Below, one piece after another: positions 14,328 through 28,655 of a DNA stretch of 64,000 nt. The notes beneath the pieces were generated by a model. That model searched no databases. It was not told the DNA's origin and worked only from the letters and a program-made list of their open reading frames with translations. This DNA is from Antedon mediterranea (taxonomy: Eukaryota; Animalia; Echinodermata): positions 8,990,001 to 9,054,000 of the forward strand of contig NC_092672.1 in assembly GCF_964355755.1 (NCBI RefSeq), written 5' to 3'. A program made the position numbers and the translations under genes. Numbering within the stretch: position 1 is the stretch's first letter; each line of letters starts with the position of its first letter.

Positions 14328-16425
14328 ATGTTTTCAAAATTAACACTTTTCATCTCGGCATGCATTTCAGTTATTGTAATTGTAAGAATACGAATTCACC
14401 GTAGGCCTATCTAATAACATGAAACCGATTATGTTACGGTATCATGTCTTGTAACAATAATAATTCTTCAGTATCGTGTCTTCTGACAGCAACAGTAACA
14501 TACCATAAGATTATAATTTAAATACTCAATCAGTAAATATTTTCATGAGGACGTAAACGCAACGCAAGCGTTTTAACCAATGACAAGCGAAGTTATAGAC
14601 AGTTAGCAATCACAAACGAATAAGCCATCGCTTGTGATTGGTCAATTCACTTGCGTTGCGTTACGTCCTTGCGTTGCGTCGCTAGTGGGAACCACGCTTA
14701 ACTGTCTATAACTTTGCTTGTCATTGGTTAAAACGGTTGCCTTGCGTTTACGTCCTTGCGTTACGTTCTAGTGGGAATCAAGCTTTAAAAAAGATAAACA
14801 TAGCCTAACAGTAGGTATTTATATTTTAGTTTTTATACGACCTCTTACACGAACTTTCTGCACCCGCACCTTTTATCATTTTAAAATCTCATAGCCCTGG
14901 TAAAAAGCACACACTGGGATAATGTAGGCTAAATAGTGTAGACGATAACAATTCAATTAAAGAACGTATAATCTAATACTCATGTTTTTTAGACTACATA
15001 CACGTGGTCAACCCTAACCGTATATACTAAACGACCGTTGACGTTTTCATACCGGGACCATCTTAAAGCACAGGTAATTATCATGCGGCACCGTATGTTC
15101 ATGTTTTATGGGAAGTTTAGATTCAAAATCGATTCCTAAATAAGACAACAATTATAGACACTATTTGAGGTATTGGTTGAAAAAATTATAAATTATCACT
15201 AAGGCCTATTAGTCGATTCTTAATTTCAATCTCATATCATTGATGAACATTAAATATAGATAAACTGTTGGAATATTAGTAAATCAACTTTCTTTCTTTC
15301 TTTACCCATAAATATAAATTATAAACATTGTAACATACAAATAATAATAATAATTATTATATTAAGGGAAGGGCTAAAAAAATAGTTAAAACTAATCAAG
15401 TTCAGCCCCTAAACATTGAATATAAGCCAAATAAAATCAATCGAACATAACAAGGTAAGTATCGAATGAACCAATTTTAATGACAAGATTAGGACTAATC
15501 GTAAGGTGATTGAAAATGTTTCCATTTTTTTCAGTCGATTCAAGATAACTTTATTATTAATTCAAACATATCAAAAGACTTTATCCGAAAGGCAAGTCAA
15601 ACAGTACAGAATACTGATAATACGAGTATACAAGTACAAACAAACTCAGGAGGTATGATTGATGTAATGAGATCATCTATTGGTTTGAAGAATCCAGACA
15701 GAACTGTTAAAGTTGGTGATTTCTTTAGTGTAATAATCCAGGCACGTGATCAGTATGGTCAGAACTGCAAAGGAGGTGATTTTTTCTTTGCAACTATTGG
15801 ATCTGAAAGCAACAACGCCTCAGGAAAAATAACCGACTTCAAAAACGGTACATATGAGGTGTTGTTCTTCGCCGGTTGGCCTGGTGTCATCGACATTTAC
15901 ATTATGCTTGTTCATCCATCAGAAGCAGTGGATTTTATTGAACAGGAAATATGGCCTTTGGAGAAAAGGATTGTATGGAAAGGAATTTTTGGAAAAAATA
16001 AATCCGAAACAACAAAATGTAGTCTTGGTAATAGCAGAGATGAACACATAAATGAATGTATGTTCAGCCACTGGCCACGGGAGAGACTGCGTTGTATTGT
16101 GATAAACCAAAGCACGCGTCATGTGATAGTTTGAATTGGATTAAGTCAGACACAAACTATGTGAATAGAAAATTTGCCAAGTTCTATAAACCACACCAAT
16201 TGATATTCTCTAAGTAAGTATATATTTTTTACATTAATAAACAAATATTAAACAAACATTATGCCAACCAAAAAATAATAGTCCTACACCCAAAAAAAAA
16301 ACCGGGGAGACCATCAAGCCCTGCCGTTTTTTAGAGTTTGGTTTCTATTCAATAATTTTAATTCGTACTTTGCGAACATACACACAAAAGTGCATCTCAG
16401 TAATGTGAATTATATAATAGTAATT

Positions 16426-16460
<35 letters not shown>

Positions 16461-17823
16461 TTGATTGGATAATACTTTGGCACAAACAAACTACGTCAGA
16501 GTAGGGCAAACATCTTACCTCTGATCTTACTACAGTATAAGCTTCCTGATGCAAAGCTACTTTACGGTATTTATAAACAATAACTTTTAATTTATATTTT
16601 ACAATGTTTGATTTAGGTCTGTGACGTATATACGTCTGCTTGAAGGTACGACTTCACTAACAATAAGCAACACAAGTAAGAATAGGGCATTCCACTTTAT
16701 TTCTTTGATGACTTTGGGTCATTGTAAAACTGCAGTATAGCATAATCATAATAGTTTAGTAATAATGTCAATCTTAATGCACACAGCTTTGCGCTCCACA
16801 TAATTACCCAACCGATTAAACACGCAGCTCCCGTAATTATGAAGCTATAGTAATCAGCGCAATTGTGTTTTACCAGGTACGATATTTTCACCTGAGTTGA
16901 GAAAGGAAAATTAAGCAAAGTGTCTTGCGATGAGCTTTGCCTCACTCCCGCGATCGCGCGATCAGAAATTCCATCACACACACGCACACACCCATATATT
17001 CTGCATACAAAAAGAAGAAAATCTGATGATATTTAAATATTTTACTTGTTTTATTTAAGCTATGATGAGTAACATGCTACTACCAGAATGCAAGGCAGAT
17101 TTACCAAAGCCTCGTAGTGACGGGTTCTGGACAAACAATGTATGGACATCATTGCAATGCAAGACAAAACAATGGACAAAACAAGAAGTTTCCAAATGCA
17201 TAAACGGAAAACACATTGTTTTAATGGGTGATTCTACAACAAGACAGTGGACTGAACATTTGCTGGCCTTTATGGGAGTTACAAGGAGTATCAACACTAC
17301 TAAACCGAGCACTAAGCATATCCAGCATCATAGTAATATTATGATGCTAGATTTCTATTTCCATCCGTATAGCATCGGTTCTATCATGCATATATATCGC
17401 GTCGGAAAATGGGAGTATGAAATATTAGATAATCTTAATGTAGATACTTGCAATAATTACGTCATAATGGTGAGTCCGTGGGCCCATTATGCGCAATGGA
17501 CCAAAGAAAGTTTCATTGAAAGGTTGCATCTTTTGCGAGAGACACTTGTACGATTCATGAAACGTTGCCCGGGTGCAAAGATACTGATGAAGACTCCACA
17601 CCCTCGAAACCACAGTTCACAGATTTCGCTACTATATGGCAGCGATAAACTTTTGTATGACATATACGAGCTATATTTTAGCATTTTCTCGGGGTTAGGT
17701 ATTCATATTTTAGATATCTGGGATATGAACTTATCGTATCCGAGTAGGAATACTATTCACATGCCGACACCGGTTATATTGCAAGAACTCTTTTTGATGT
17801 TTTCACATATATGTACTGTATAG
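14328..17823 (+). pseudogene. NXPE: NXPE-family gene copy 4, frameshifted
   Basis: Exons 14328-14381, 14993-15073, 15535-16213, 16617-16675 and 17060-17823. A 4-bp deletion near 16058 (GAATGTATG vs GAATGCAAGTATG) shifts the frame to a stop at 16134. Confidence 0.85.
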
Positions 17824-19408
17824 GATAAAACTATTTGATTGTTTGCAATGTATAACAACACCCTGTAATAAACAATTGCAATTCATATACAGTAGTAGTA
17901 TGATTCCAACATAAATTCATTTCTGTGATATGTTCAAGATTTAAATTAGTGCAATATTTTAAAATTAATATAGGCATGTATTGAATGTTTATCTTATTAA
18001 TAGCAACTATTAACATACAGTATTTATTTAATATTTAGGCCAATTCTATTTAAAATGTTATTAGTATTAGGCCTAAGATATTTATGTTCTACTTGCCTTG
18101 TGAACAATAGTTCAAATAAGTTTATTTATAATTCATAATTATATACTTTTCTGTTATGAATTTCCCGCCTCCCGTACACCCCTACCCCCATAATCCCCTA
18201 CCCCCATAAACCTCTACCCCCATAATCCCCTACCCCCATAATCCCCTACCCCCATAATCCCCAACCCCCATAAACCTCAATGACAGTTTAAACCAATTCA
18301 TATTTGTGACTGAGATCATGTAGATAGTAGAAAATGAGAAAAACGTAACGTTTACAATTGACAATATAATCTTTCACATGTATGTACGGATTGAAGAATA
18401 TTATGATCCAATAATAGCCTATAATTTATGTTGAATAAATTAACAATTAGACATCACTGTCTTTGGTATTGTTCGAAGCAGAACTGGTGATAGTAAACCT
18501 TTGTCCCCTGGAACGTGGAGCCTTGTTTTGTCATCGCCTAACAACTTACTCTTGGACATGAAATAGCTTGTCACAATCAAGTTACATGTGTATCATGGTT
18601 TTGTCGTAAGGGTATCCTGCGTACCATGTGTATTTTCTAGTTTTATAATTTACAATTTAGGGAGCACAATGTACACACAGTGTATTGATCAGGATTGATT
18701 GTATTATTAACGGCAGGTTAACTACACAGATTTGAACAATTGATACTACGCATACCGAACTGGGAGTAATATTACTCCGTAGTAAAAAGTATGTGATAAA
18801 ACAATTAGGACATAACTTGTCATCATTATAGCAAAACAATTAATACAACGATGATATAGAGCGCTTTTAAACACTTAAAATATATTCCTGTCATGTGATT
18901 AGACGGTTATGGGTCACATGGCGTAAAATAGAGTACAGATCATTGTATTCATAATACGAGGCACTCCAAAGTGGAGGTTAGGCTTTGTAGTTACTAATAA
19001 TAACAAAGAAAACATTTTTATTTTAAAAAACATCGGTTATGGCAGGGTAGGTATTTTGTTGTAGGCTTTGTAACAACTTACGAATAATAAATCCAGAGTT
19101 GAGTTTTAGTAAATCAGCTCTGTGTCATTTTGACGGTGGAACTAGAAAATTAACCAACTTAACACAGGTAAGTACTCAGTTATAAGCATAATGATGTAAT
19201 ATATACCCCAAGAGCACTAATTGGAGACTTACCAATGGAATACTGACTTTAGTGGTCAAACGTTGACATAAAGTAGGCTAGTACGAGAATCGAGACGTGA
19301 TACTATTTTACTTCTTTTCAGATTGACGAATAAGGAATTCCTGTTTCTAAAGGTTCTAGCCTACTCATCAGCAGAAGCTGCAAATCAAAGTGCAATTTGA
19401 CTTTCAAC

Positions 19409-21510
19409 ATGTTTTCAAAATTAACACTTTTCATCTCGGCATGCATTTCAGTTATTGTAATTGTAAGAATACGAATTCACCGTAGGCCTATCTAATAACA
19501 TGAAACCGATTATGTTACGGTATCATGTCTTGTAACAATAATAATTCTTCAGTATCGTGTCTTCTGACAGCAACAGTAACATACCATAAGATTATAATTT
19601 AAATACTCAATCAGTAAATATTTTCATGAGGACGTAAACGCAACGCAAGCGTTTTAACCAATGACAAGCGAAGTTATAGACAGTTAGCAATCACAAACGA
19701 ATAAGCCATCGCTTGTGATTGGTCAATTCACTTGCGTTGCGTTACGTCCTTGCGTTGCGTCGCTAGTGGGAACCACGCTTAACTGTCTATAACTTTGCTT
19801 GTCATTGGTTAAAACGGTTGCCTTGCGTTTACGTCCTTGCGTTACGTTCTAGTGGGAATCAAGCTTTAAAAAAGATAAACATAGCCTAACAGTAGGTATT
19901 TATATTTTAGTTTTTATACGACCTCTTACACGAACTTTCTGCACCCGCACCTTTTATCATTTTAAAATCTCATAGCCCTGGTAAAAAGCACACACTGGGA
20001 TAATGTAGGCTAAATAGTGTAGACGATAACAATTCAATTAAAGAACGTATAATCTAATACTCATGTTTTTTAGACTACATACACGTGGTCAACCCTAACC
20101 GTATATACTAAACGACCGTTGACGTTTTCATACCGGGACCATCTTAAAGCACAGGTAATTATCATGCGGCACCGTATGTTCATGTTTTATGGGAAGTTTA
20201 GATTCAAAATCGATTCCTAAATAAGACAACAATTATAGACACTATTTGAGGTATTGGTTGAAAAAATTATAAATTATCACTAAGGCCTATTAGTCGATTC
20301 TTAATTTCAATCTCATATCATTGATGAACATTAAATATAGATAAACTGTTGGAATATTAGTAAATCAACTTTCTTTCTTTCTTTACCCATAAATATAAAT
20401 TATAAACATTGTAACATACAAATAATAATAATAATTATTATATTAAGGGAAGGGCTAAAAAAATAGTTAAAACTAATCAAGTTCAGCCCCTAAACATTGA
20501 ATATAAGCCAAATAAAATCAATCGAACATAACAAGGTAAGTATCGAATGAACCAATTTTAATGACAAGATTAGGACTAATCGTAAGGTGATTGAAAATGT
20601 TTCCATTTTTTTCAGTCGATTCAAGATAACTTTATTATTAATTCAAACATATCAAAAGACTTTATCCGAAAGGCAAGTCAAACAGTACAGAATACTGATA
20701 ATACGAGTATACAAGTACAAACAAACTCAGGAGGTATGATTGATGTAATGAGATCATCTATTGGTTTGAAGAATCCAGACAGAACTGTTAAAGTTGGTGA
20801 TTTCTTTAGTGTAATAATCCAGGCACGTGATCAGTATGGTCAGAACTGCAAAGGAGGTGATTTTTTCTTTGCAACTATTGGATCTGAAAGCAACAACGCC
20901 TCAGGAAAAATAACCGACTTCAAAAACGGTACATATGAGGTGTTGTTCTTCGCCGGTTGGCCTGGTGTCATCGACATTTACATTATGCTTGTTCATCCAT
21001 CAGAAGCAGTGGATTTTATTGAACAGGAAATATGGCCTTTGGAGAAAAGGATTGTATGGAAAGGAATTTTTGGAAAAAATAAATCCGAAACAACAAAATG
21101 TAGTCTTGGTAATAGCAGAGATGAACACATAAATGAATGCAAGTATGTTCAGCCACTGGCCACGGGAGAGACTGCGTTGTATTGTGATAAACCAAAGCAC
21201 GCGTCATGTGATAGTTTGAATTGGATTAAGTCAGACACAAACTATGTGAATAGAAAATTTGCCAAGTTCTATAAACCACACCAATTGATATTCTCTAAGT
21301 AAGTATATATTTTTTACATTAATAAACAAATATTAAACAAACATTATGCCAACCAAAAAATAATAGTCCTACACCCAAAAAAAAAACCGGGGAGACCATC
21401 AAGCCCTGCCGTTTTTTAGAGTTTGGTTTCTATTCAATAATTTTAATTCGTACTTTGCGAACATACACACAAAAGTGCATCTCAGTAATGTGAATTATAT
21501 AATAGTAATT

Positions 21511-21545
<35 letters not shown>

Positions 21546-22806
21546 TTGATTGGATAATACTTTGGCACAAACAAACTACGTCAGAGTAGGGCAAACATCT
21601 TACCTCTGATCTTACTACAGTATAAGCTTCCTGATGCAAAGCTACTTTACGGTATTTATAAACAATAACTTTTAATTTATATTTTACAATGTTTGATTTA
21701 GGTCTGTGACGTATATACGTCTGCTTGAAGGTACGACTTCACTAACAATAAGCAACACAAGTAAGAATAGGGCATTCCACTTTATTTCTTTGATGACTTT
21801 GGGTCATTGTAAAACTGCAGTATAGCATAATCATAATAGTTTAGTAATAATGTCAATCTTAATGCACACAGCTTTGCGCTCCACATAATTACCCAACCGA
21901 TTAAACACGCAGCTCCCGTAATTATGAAGCTATAGTAATCAGCGCAATTGTGTTTTACCAGGTACGATATTTTCACCTGAGTTGAGAAAGGAAAATTAAG
22001 CAAAGTGTCTTGCGATGAGCTTTGCCTCACTCCCGCGATCGCGCGATCAGAAATTCCATCACACACACGCACACACCCATATATTCTGCATACAAAAAGA
22101 AGAAAATCTGATGATATTTAAATATTTTACTTGTTTTATTTAAGCTATGATGAGTAACATGCTACTACCAGAATGCAAGGCAGATTTACCAAAGCCTCGT
22201 AGTGACGGGTTCTGGACAAACAATGTATGGACATCATTGCAATGCAAGACAAAACAATGGACAAAACAAGAAGTTTCCAAATGCATAAACGGAAAACACA
22301 TTGTTTTAATGGGTGATTCTACAACAAGACAGTGGACTGAACATTTGCTGGCCTTTATGGGAGTTACAAGGAGTATCAACACTACTAAACCGAGCACTAA
22401 GCATATCCAGCATCATAGTAATATTATGATGCTAGATTTCTATTTCCATCCGTATAGCATCGGTTCTATCATGCATATATATCGCGTCGGAAAATGGGAG
22501 TATGAAATATTAGATAATCTTAATGTAGATACTTGCAATAATTACGTCATAATGGCGAGTCCGTGGGCCCATTATGCGCAATGGACCAAAGAAAGTTTCA
22601 TTGAAAGGTTGCATCTTTTGCGAGAGACACTTGTACGATTCATGAAACGTTGCCCGGGTGCAAAGATACTGATGAAGACTCCACACCCTCGAAACCACAG
22701 TTCACAGATTTCGCTACTATATGGCAGCGATAAACTATTATATAGAACCTATAGTCTAAACATAGTTAGGCCATGGCTATTTACTACCTTTCTAAAACAA
22801 ATCTAG
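19409..22806 (+). pseudogene. NXPE: NXPE-family gene copy 5, 3'-truncated
   Basis: Exons 19409-19462, 20074-20154, 20616-21298, 21702-21760 and 22145 onward. Homology ends at ~22743, after which the frame reads RTYSLNIVRPWLFTTFLKQI*. The C-terminal His motif is lost. Confidence 0.85.
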
Positions 22807-23399
22807 ATTTCGTAATTTTGTTCATTTATCAGGACTATTCTAAGCTTCCGACAACAAGTATTTTTTGGCAAACATCATCAGTGAAAGCTATAACTATAAC
22901 TTGGCCTAAATCTAGCCTACAGGCCTACTGTATTGATATCAACCGTCCCCGCCTAAACATATAAAGATAAAATATTTTGCCATGCCGTTGTTCTTCTTAT
23001 TAAAGCGGCCTATATTTACAATATTTTTGTACAAAGCATGGGTTTTAATGGGTATAGGCCTAATGTAAACTAGGCCCACATTCGTGACATAGTCTGCTGA
23101 CTGAAAAGAACATAATGAAACATCATGAAAATAATGGCAAGATATCTAATGACATATTATGCGGGTTTTCTTTTTTTTTTTAGCATTTTAAATCTAGTAA
23201 CGACGTACTCTATGACTTTTTTTGTGCTTTCGCATTATTATTAGTATTATAAATTTAAATTATTGATTATTTATTTAATTTACTATTTCTTCGACAAAAA
23301 CATCCGACTCTGTGATGCCAATAATGAAACTCTGGGGGAGCGCCTCGCAAGCTAGAAGTCTCCAGCTTAAAATTACATTATGTATACAGCTCTCTCATT

Positions 23400-24120
23400 G
23401 GCTAATAAGATATCTGGCAAAATGCTGAGCTGACGTAATGCATTATTTTTGTCCAATAGCTGCTGCTCGGTGGTGTGTAGGCACGCCTAGTTTGAGCGTA
23501 GTAGGCGTATACAGTGTTTGTTAGTGTTATGGTTGTTCTCGACCTAAAAAAAAAAGTAGGCCTCCTAAACAAACTTATTTTATCAGCATCAGTAGACTAT
23601 TCTGGGTCTGGTTTTAAAATATAGGCTCTCTGGTAAGTAGACTAGATTACATTACAGCAATTATTATTTTATTGTAAACAACTCCCTGTTTTTTTAGGGC
23701 ATATAGGCCTAGGCCTAGCTAGGCAGGCCTATCCCTGGGCCTAGCTATCCTGGCCTCCTAGCCTACTACACTAGTACTACGGCCCTAGCTAAGCTATGCC
23801 TAGGCCTAGTCTAAGCTAGTAGACCCTAAAGACTAGAGAGAGTACTTTACCAGACCTAGGCTAGTTTATTTCTTGTACTAGCCTAGCTAGGCTTAGCTTA
23901 ACGTACTCAGCTAGCTAGGCCTAGACCACCCGTTTGCTTGTCCAGCTAGATAAATCTTATTTGCCATAAGGTAAGTCATCTGCGGACTAGCCCTAGCCTA
24001 GGGCCTACCTATCCTTATTGTATTAATTATATTATTAATATTGGGCCTAAAAAGTGTATAGGGACCTAGCCTAGGCTAGGCCTACAAACAATACATTATA
24101 ATTAGGCCTAGTATTAATAA
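23400..24120 (+). promoter_or_regulatory. Probable PLSCR-1 promoter, non-coding first exon and TAGGCCTA/CTAG-rich first intron
   Basis: ATTGG/CCAAT and TGACGT motifs near 23396-23457, a G|GTAAGT donor near 23632, and dense CTAG/AGGCCT motifs downstream. Confidence 0.4.
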
Positions 24121-24271
24121 AATACATAAAAAAAAAATGTCTGTTTGGCCCGTCGGTAATAAATGTTTCTAATAAACAATATTGAATAATTTTTTCCAGA
24201 ACTTTTTATTCCATTTCTCTTTATTTAAGACAAGTCACAGTAGGCCTAATGCACTTGTCAATTGTATGACC

Positions 24272-24570
24272 AACTATACGACCCCCGGGAGAGGTGCGTC
24301 ATTTGTCTGATGTGCGTCATACCATTGAATACCATGACGCACCCGTGCGTCAAAAATGTGACTTACCATTAGGTGACCATGACGCACCCATTTTGACGCA
24401 CTGTTACCATGTTGTAATGTTTATGATATGGTGGGTGGTAAAGTGACGGACATTGACACACCTTGTTCATTGATGTGACGTACCATCTAGGTTTTTTGAC
24501 GCACCCCTGCGTCAGTAATTATTAGTAAATGACGCACCCATGACGCACCTCTCCCAGGGGTCGTATAGTG
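24272..24570. mobile_element. Non-autonomous TIR element (CACTA/EnSpm- or Transib-like)
   Basis: ACTATACGACCCCCGGGAGAGGTGCGTCAT is inverted against ATGACGCACCTCTCCCAGGGGTCGTATAGTG. Multiple TGACGCAC subterminal repeats. Confidence 0.75.
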
Positions 24571-25163
24571 CATAATTAATTTACTATTTTATGTAATTTC
24601 ACTTTCCTACTAACACTGAACAGTAGATAAACGCAAGTTACATAATCATTAATGTAAATTCTTTTCAGTGAATTTCTACACATGAACATGTGAATTTAAT
24701 TATACATATTTATGTCATCAAAATTGCTCTGCTTTGCTGTGTATAGACGGATCATTGAGGTATAAATTCCATGGACGGATCATGATGCACTATTGAATCT
24801 GAAATTACAGTATTTATAGTATAGAAAATCATGACAAATAGTATGATGGATCTGTACACAGTTAAATAACAGCAATAAAACTATAAACTACTGATATTAT
24901 TCAGTACTGTTGAAAGGTACAACAAATGTTCTGGGTTTTCCATTGCACTTACACAGGTATATTATTACTTTATACGGACCTTTTTTTTAACCAGGAAGGT
25001 CCTTGGTCATAATCTAGTCTAGAGTACTATTAAAGCTGAATTTCTACCATTGAATCCAAGTCTGAACTTGTTCATGCTATGCAGTATTCAATATTCATTC
25101 AATTATTATTTATTCAGAATTATTCACTGGTGAAATTCTTTTATTTCAGAAGAATTGTTGAAC

Positions 25164-28100
25164 ATGAGTGAGAACACAACTGGTACTGGTACTGCCCCAG
25201 ATGCTGGTCCCGCCCCAGGTACCGATCCTGTCCCAGGTAGTGTACCGCCACAAGGACAACCTCAACCCGGCTACGGACCTCCACAGCAAGGCTATCCAGG
25301 AGTACCGCCAGGTTATCCTCAACCAGGCCATCCTCAACCTGGCCATCCTCAACCTGGCTATGGTTATGGACCTGCTCAACCAGGCTATGCTGCTCCACCA
25401 CCTGGTTATCAAGGACAGCCAGGAGTGGTATTATAAGAAAACTAATTAAATACTATTCCGTTTCATAAAAGTTACAATTAGTTGATTAGCAACACTCTTC
25501 AATCTCTTTAAAAAAAATCTATATTTATAGAAAACAATTAACTAGAATAAATATATAAGTTTAAATATAAAAAGAAATATATATAAGGCACTAAAAAAAT
25601 ACAGTCCCGAGTATAGCATGGTAGTTATACAGTGGCAGTATGCATGTTTCTTTTTAAAACAAAATGTTTTTCCCGATAACATACTGCAAGAATTAACTAA
25701 AAACATCCAAGTTGGAGCAAACAAACTTCAAAAACCTTTAAACAAAATTTATTATTTTTTATTCTACAAGTCCTTTTTTAACGAAATTTACTATGTTTTA
25801 TAGGTTGGAGTTCAACCAGGGGCAGTGAGTGCACCATGGATGGCCAAGCCAGAAACCGTGCCTGGCTGCCCACCTGGACTAGAATACCTGACCCAGGTGG
25901 ACCAGGTGCTGGTTCATCAAGTCGTTGAACTTCTTGAAGGTATTTCATTCTCTTAATATACACAAAATATCAAGATACGTTTAGTTATGAAATATTCCTT
26001 AATGCATTTGCAATAACCGTGGCACAAAAGTAATTAAAATAATAATTTAATTTTAATAGAACTACTTGATTTTAATGTAAATTTTTTACACTAGCCTTTA
26101 CCAATTGGGAGACACCAAACAGATACCAAATCAAAAACAGCTTAGGTCAACAAGTCTACTACGCATTTGAAGGTAATATATATAAAAAATAGCTTACCAA
26201 ATTTACCAGATACTGTTAAATGGAACTTGAAACTATTTAGACATGTGCAATGTGGTTTAAGGGTCAGTCAGTGTCAAATCACGTAGAGGTCCTTAACTGA
26301 TCCTTCAAATGTTCCTTTATGTAATGACCACACAGAACATTTTTAAGTCGTTTTTAAGTTACAACTCTCCGAATAATGCCACGCCCCCTATATTTTGTAC
26401 ATTTTTTGCCATCTACAGTACAGTGAGGTCAAATGTTCGAATATGCGTCAATACTATTATTAATCTTCATTTATTTATACAAATAAATTTATAACATACT
26501 GGTCTGCCTCTGTTTATGTTCAAAAGACGACATGGCATGTCGTCTTGGATTGCTAAAAACCCGGGTGGCAATGTGCTTTTGAATTTAAATGATAATCAAT
26601 CAACTCCTGAATTCACAGTTAATTAGTCTCCATCAAGACATCGAGACACAAGCCAACATTACCGAAAATCATGTATTGATCCTAGTGGCCTATCCTAGTC
26701 ACATGACCATGAATCTGTTTTTCAGAATCTGACGTATGTCAACGACAGTGCTGCGGCCCTTCTCGGGGTTTCATCATGCACATTGTGGATAATACAAACC
26801 AGGTAGGGTAGGAACCATATTCAAAACCATGGAGAGAGTTACATGTCTTAAGACAGTAATTTTATAAACTTGTTATACAACAAACAGTTATATAGTAGTT
26901 ACTATTATTAAGGGGACATCTTCGGGGACCAGTAAAGTGGGCCATGAATAGGGGCTAGTCATAGTGCTGAAACATATTTGCCTTTTGTTCTTGGAAAATC
27001 ATCTTTCATGACTTTACTGTAGTTCCAATGCACAGGTAAGTGAAGACAAGGAACTATCAAATTTGAACAAGACCAACACAAAACAGATCATTGTGTCTAC
27101 TGCACAAGGAAGTTGACTTAATATTTAAATTCAATGGAAAATAAAACAGCCTTGAAGTTCATAAAACTGAACTAGTTTTTATTTTTAATAACATTTAATA
27201 ATGCTGATCATAACCTTTAACCTGCAGGAAGTGATGCGTGTGTCACGCGAATTCAAGTGTTGTGCAGGTTGTTGCTGGTGCGCGGATAGTGATTGCTGCG
27301 GTCTCGAGGTCGTAGTCGAAGCTCCAGTTGGCCAAGTTATTGGTTATGTTCGTCAAAGGTATTAGATTATATATACAGTACATATGTAATTTACATTTTC
27401 AATGGCATGGCTGACATATCCATAATTCCAAAAAGGAAATAACTGGAAAACTTTGATATTAAATTAAGAGAAAAAAAAATTAAATCTCATTTTTTAGAGG
27501 GAGCTTTTGGAAAGCGTCTTATGATATAATGAATGCAGAGAAAGAGACCGTCTTGACCATTCTGGGCCCTTGTTGCATTTGCCAAGGAATATGCTGCACA
27601 TGGGATCAGGAATTTAAGGTAATACAGTAATATCAGACATTTTTATCAATTCAAGGCATCACATGTCATGTCACTGTAATTCAAGGCATCACATGTCATG
27701 CCACCACCATAGTTCAACTCATCACATTTTCATCATGCCACCACCATAATTCAACTCATCACATTGTCATCATGCCACCACCATAATTCAACTTATCACA
27801 TTGTCATCATGCCACCACCATAATTCAACTCATCACATTTTCATCATGCCACCACCATAATTCAACTCATCACATTTTCATCATGCCATGGCTGTAATTC
27901 AAGGCATCACATTGTCATCATGACACCACCATAATTCAACTCATCACATTTTCATCATGCCGCCACTGTAAATTCAAGGAATCAGATTTTCATCATGCAC
28001 CACCATAATTTAACTCATCACATTTTCATCATACCACCACCATACTATTACTATCTACTGTTCCTTTGAAGGTTTTCAGTACAAATGGTATTGATGAAAT

Positions 28101-28655
28101 AGGAAAGGTTTCTAAGCAGTGGAGTGGCTTAGTGAAAGAGATGTACACCAACGCTGATAATTTTGGTGTAGAATTTGCTATGGACTTGGATGTGAAAGTT
28201 AAAGCTACATTAGTAGGAGCTGTATTCCTTATTGTAAGTTTACAACAAGTACATTTTCTAACCACTATCAACATTCTATGGTCTTTTCAAGGTCTAAAAA
28301 AAACGTTTATTTTGGTCAAGCTGTCGAGATTCTTAATTTGGTAGATTTCAGTACAATACTGCATTACAGGAGAAAAAAAACAGTGAAACATACATTACTT
28401 ACCATCAGTGTCCCGGGACAGTAGAACTTGCCAATTCCATGGTCACAGTACCATAATTTTTCTTAACTGCCTAAATTGTATGTCAATTAGAAAATCTCAT
28501 TCTGTAATTGCCACGCCATGCGTTTGCTGCAAAATAAATCAAACAATCCTGTATGTAATAGTCAGTAGAATTAGTATGTTAAAAATAATTTTACTTTTTT
28601 ATTTCAGGACTTTATGTTTTTTGAACAGAAACAAAACAATAACAACCATCATTAG
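25164..28655 (+). CDS. PLSCR: Phospholipid scramblase (PLSCR family) paralogue 1, 338 aa
   Basis: Exons 25164-25427, 25804-25939, 26095-26172, 26726-26802, 27228-27358, 27498-27618, 28072-28233 and 28608-28655 join in frame (1017 nt). Pro/Gln/Gly-rich N-terminus, CPPGLEYL, Cys-rich [43 protein letters not shown]. Confidence 0.93.
27648..28045. repeat. ~37-bp intronic minisatellite (CATCACATTTTCATCATGCCACCACCATAATTCAACT)n
   Basis: About 10 imperfect tandem units. A degenerate homologue lies in the equivalent intron of paralogue 2 (~41430-41640). Confidence 0.9.

Larger units (their letters stand above)
1..22743 (+). repeat. Head-to-tail tandem array of ~5.08-5.11 kb units, each containing an NXPE gene
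   Basis: The marker AACTTTCTTTCTTTCTTTACCCATAAAT recurs at 1, 5111, 10201, 15286 and 20367. Units 2-5 are almost identical. Similarity stops abruptly at ~22743. Confidence 0.97.
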
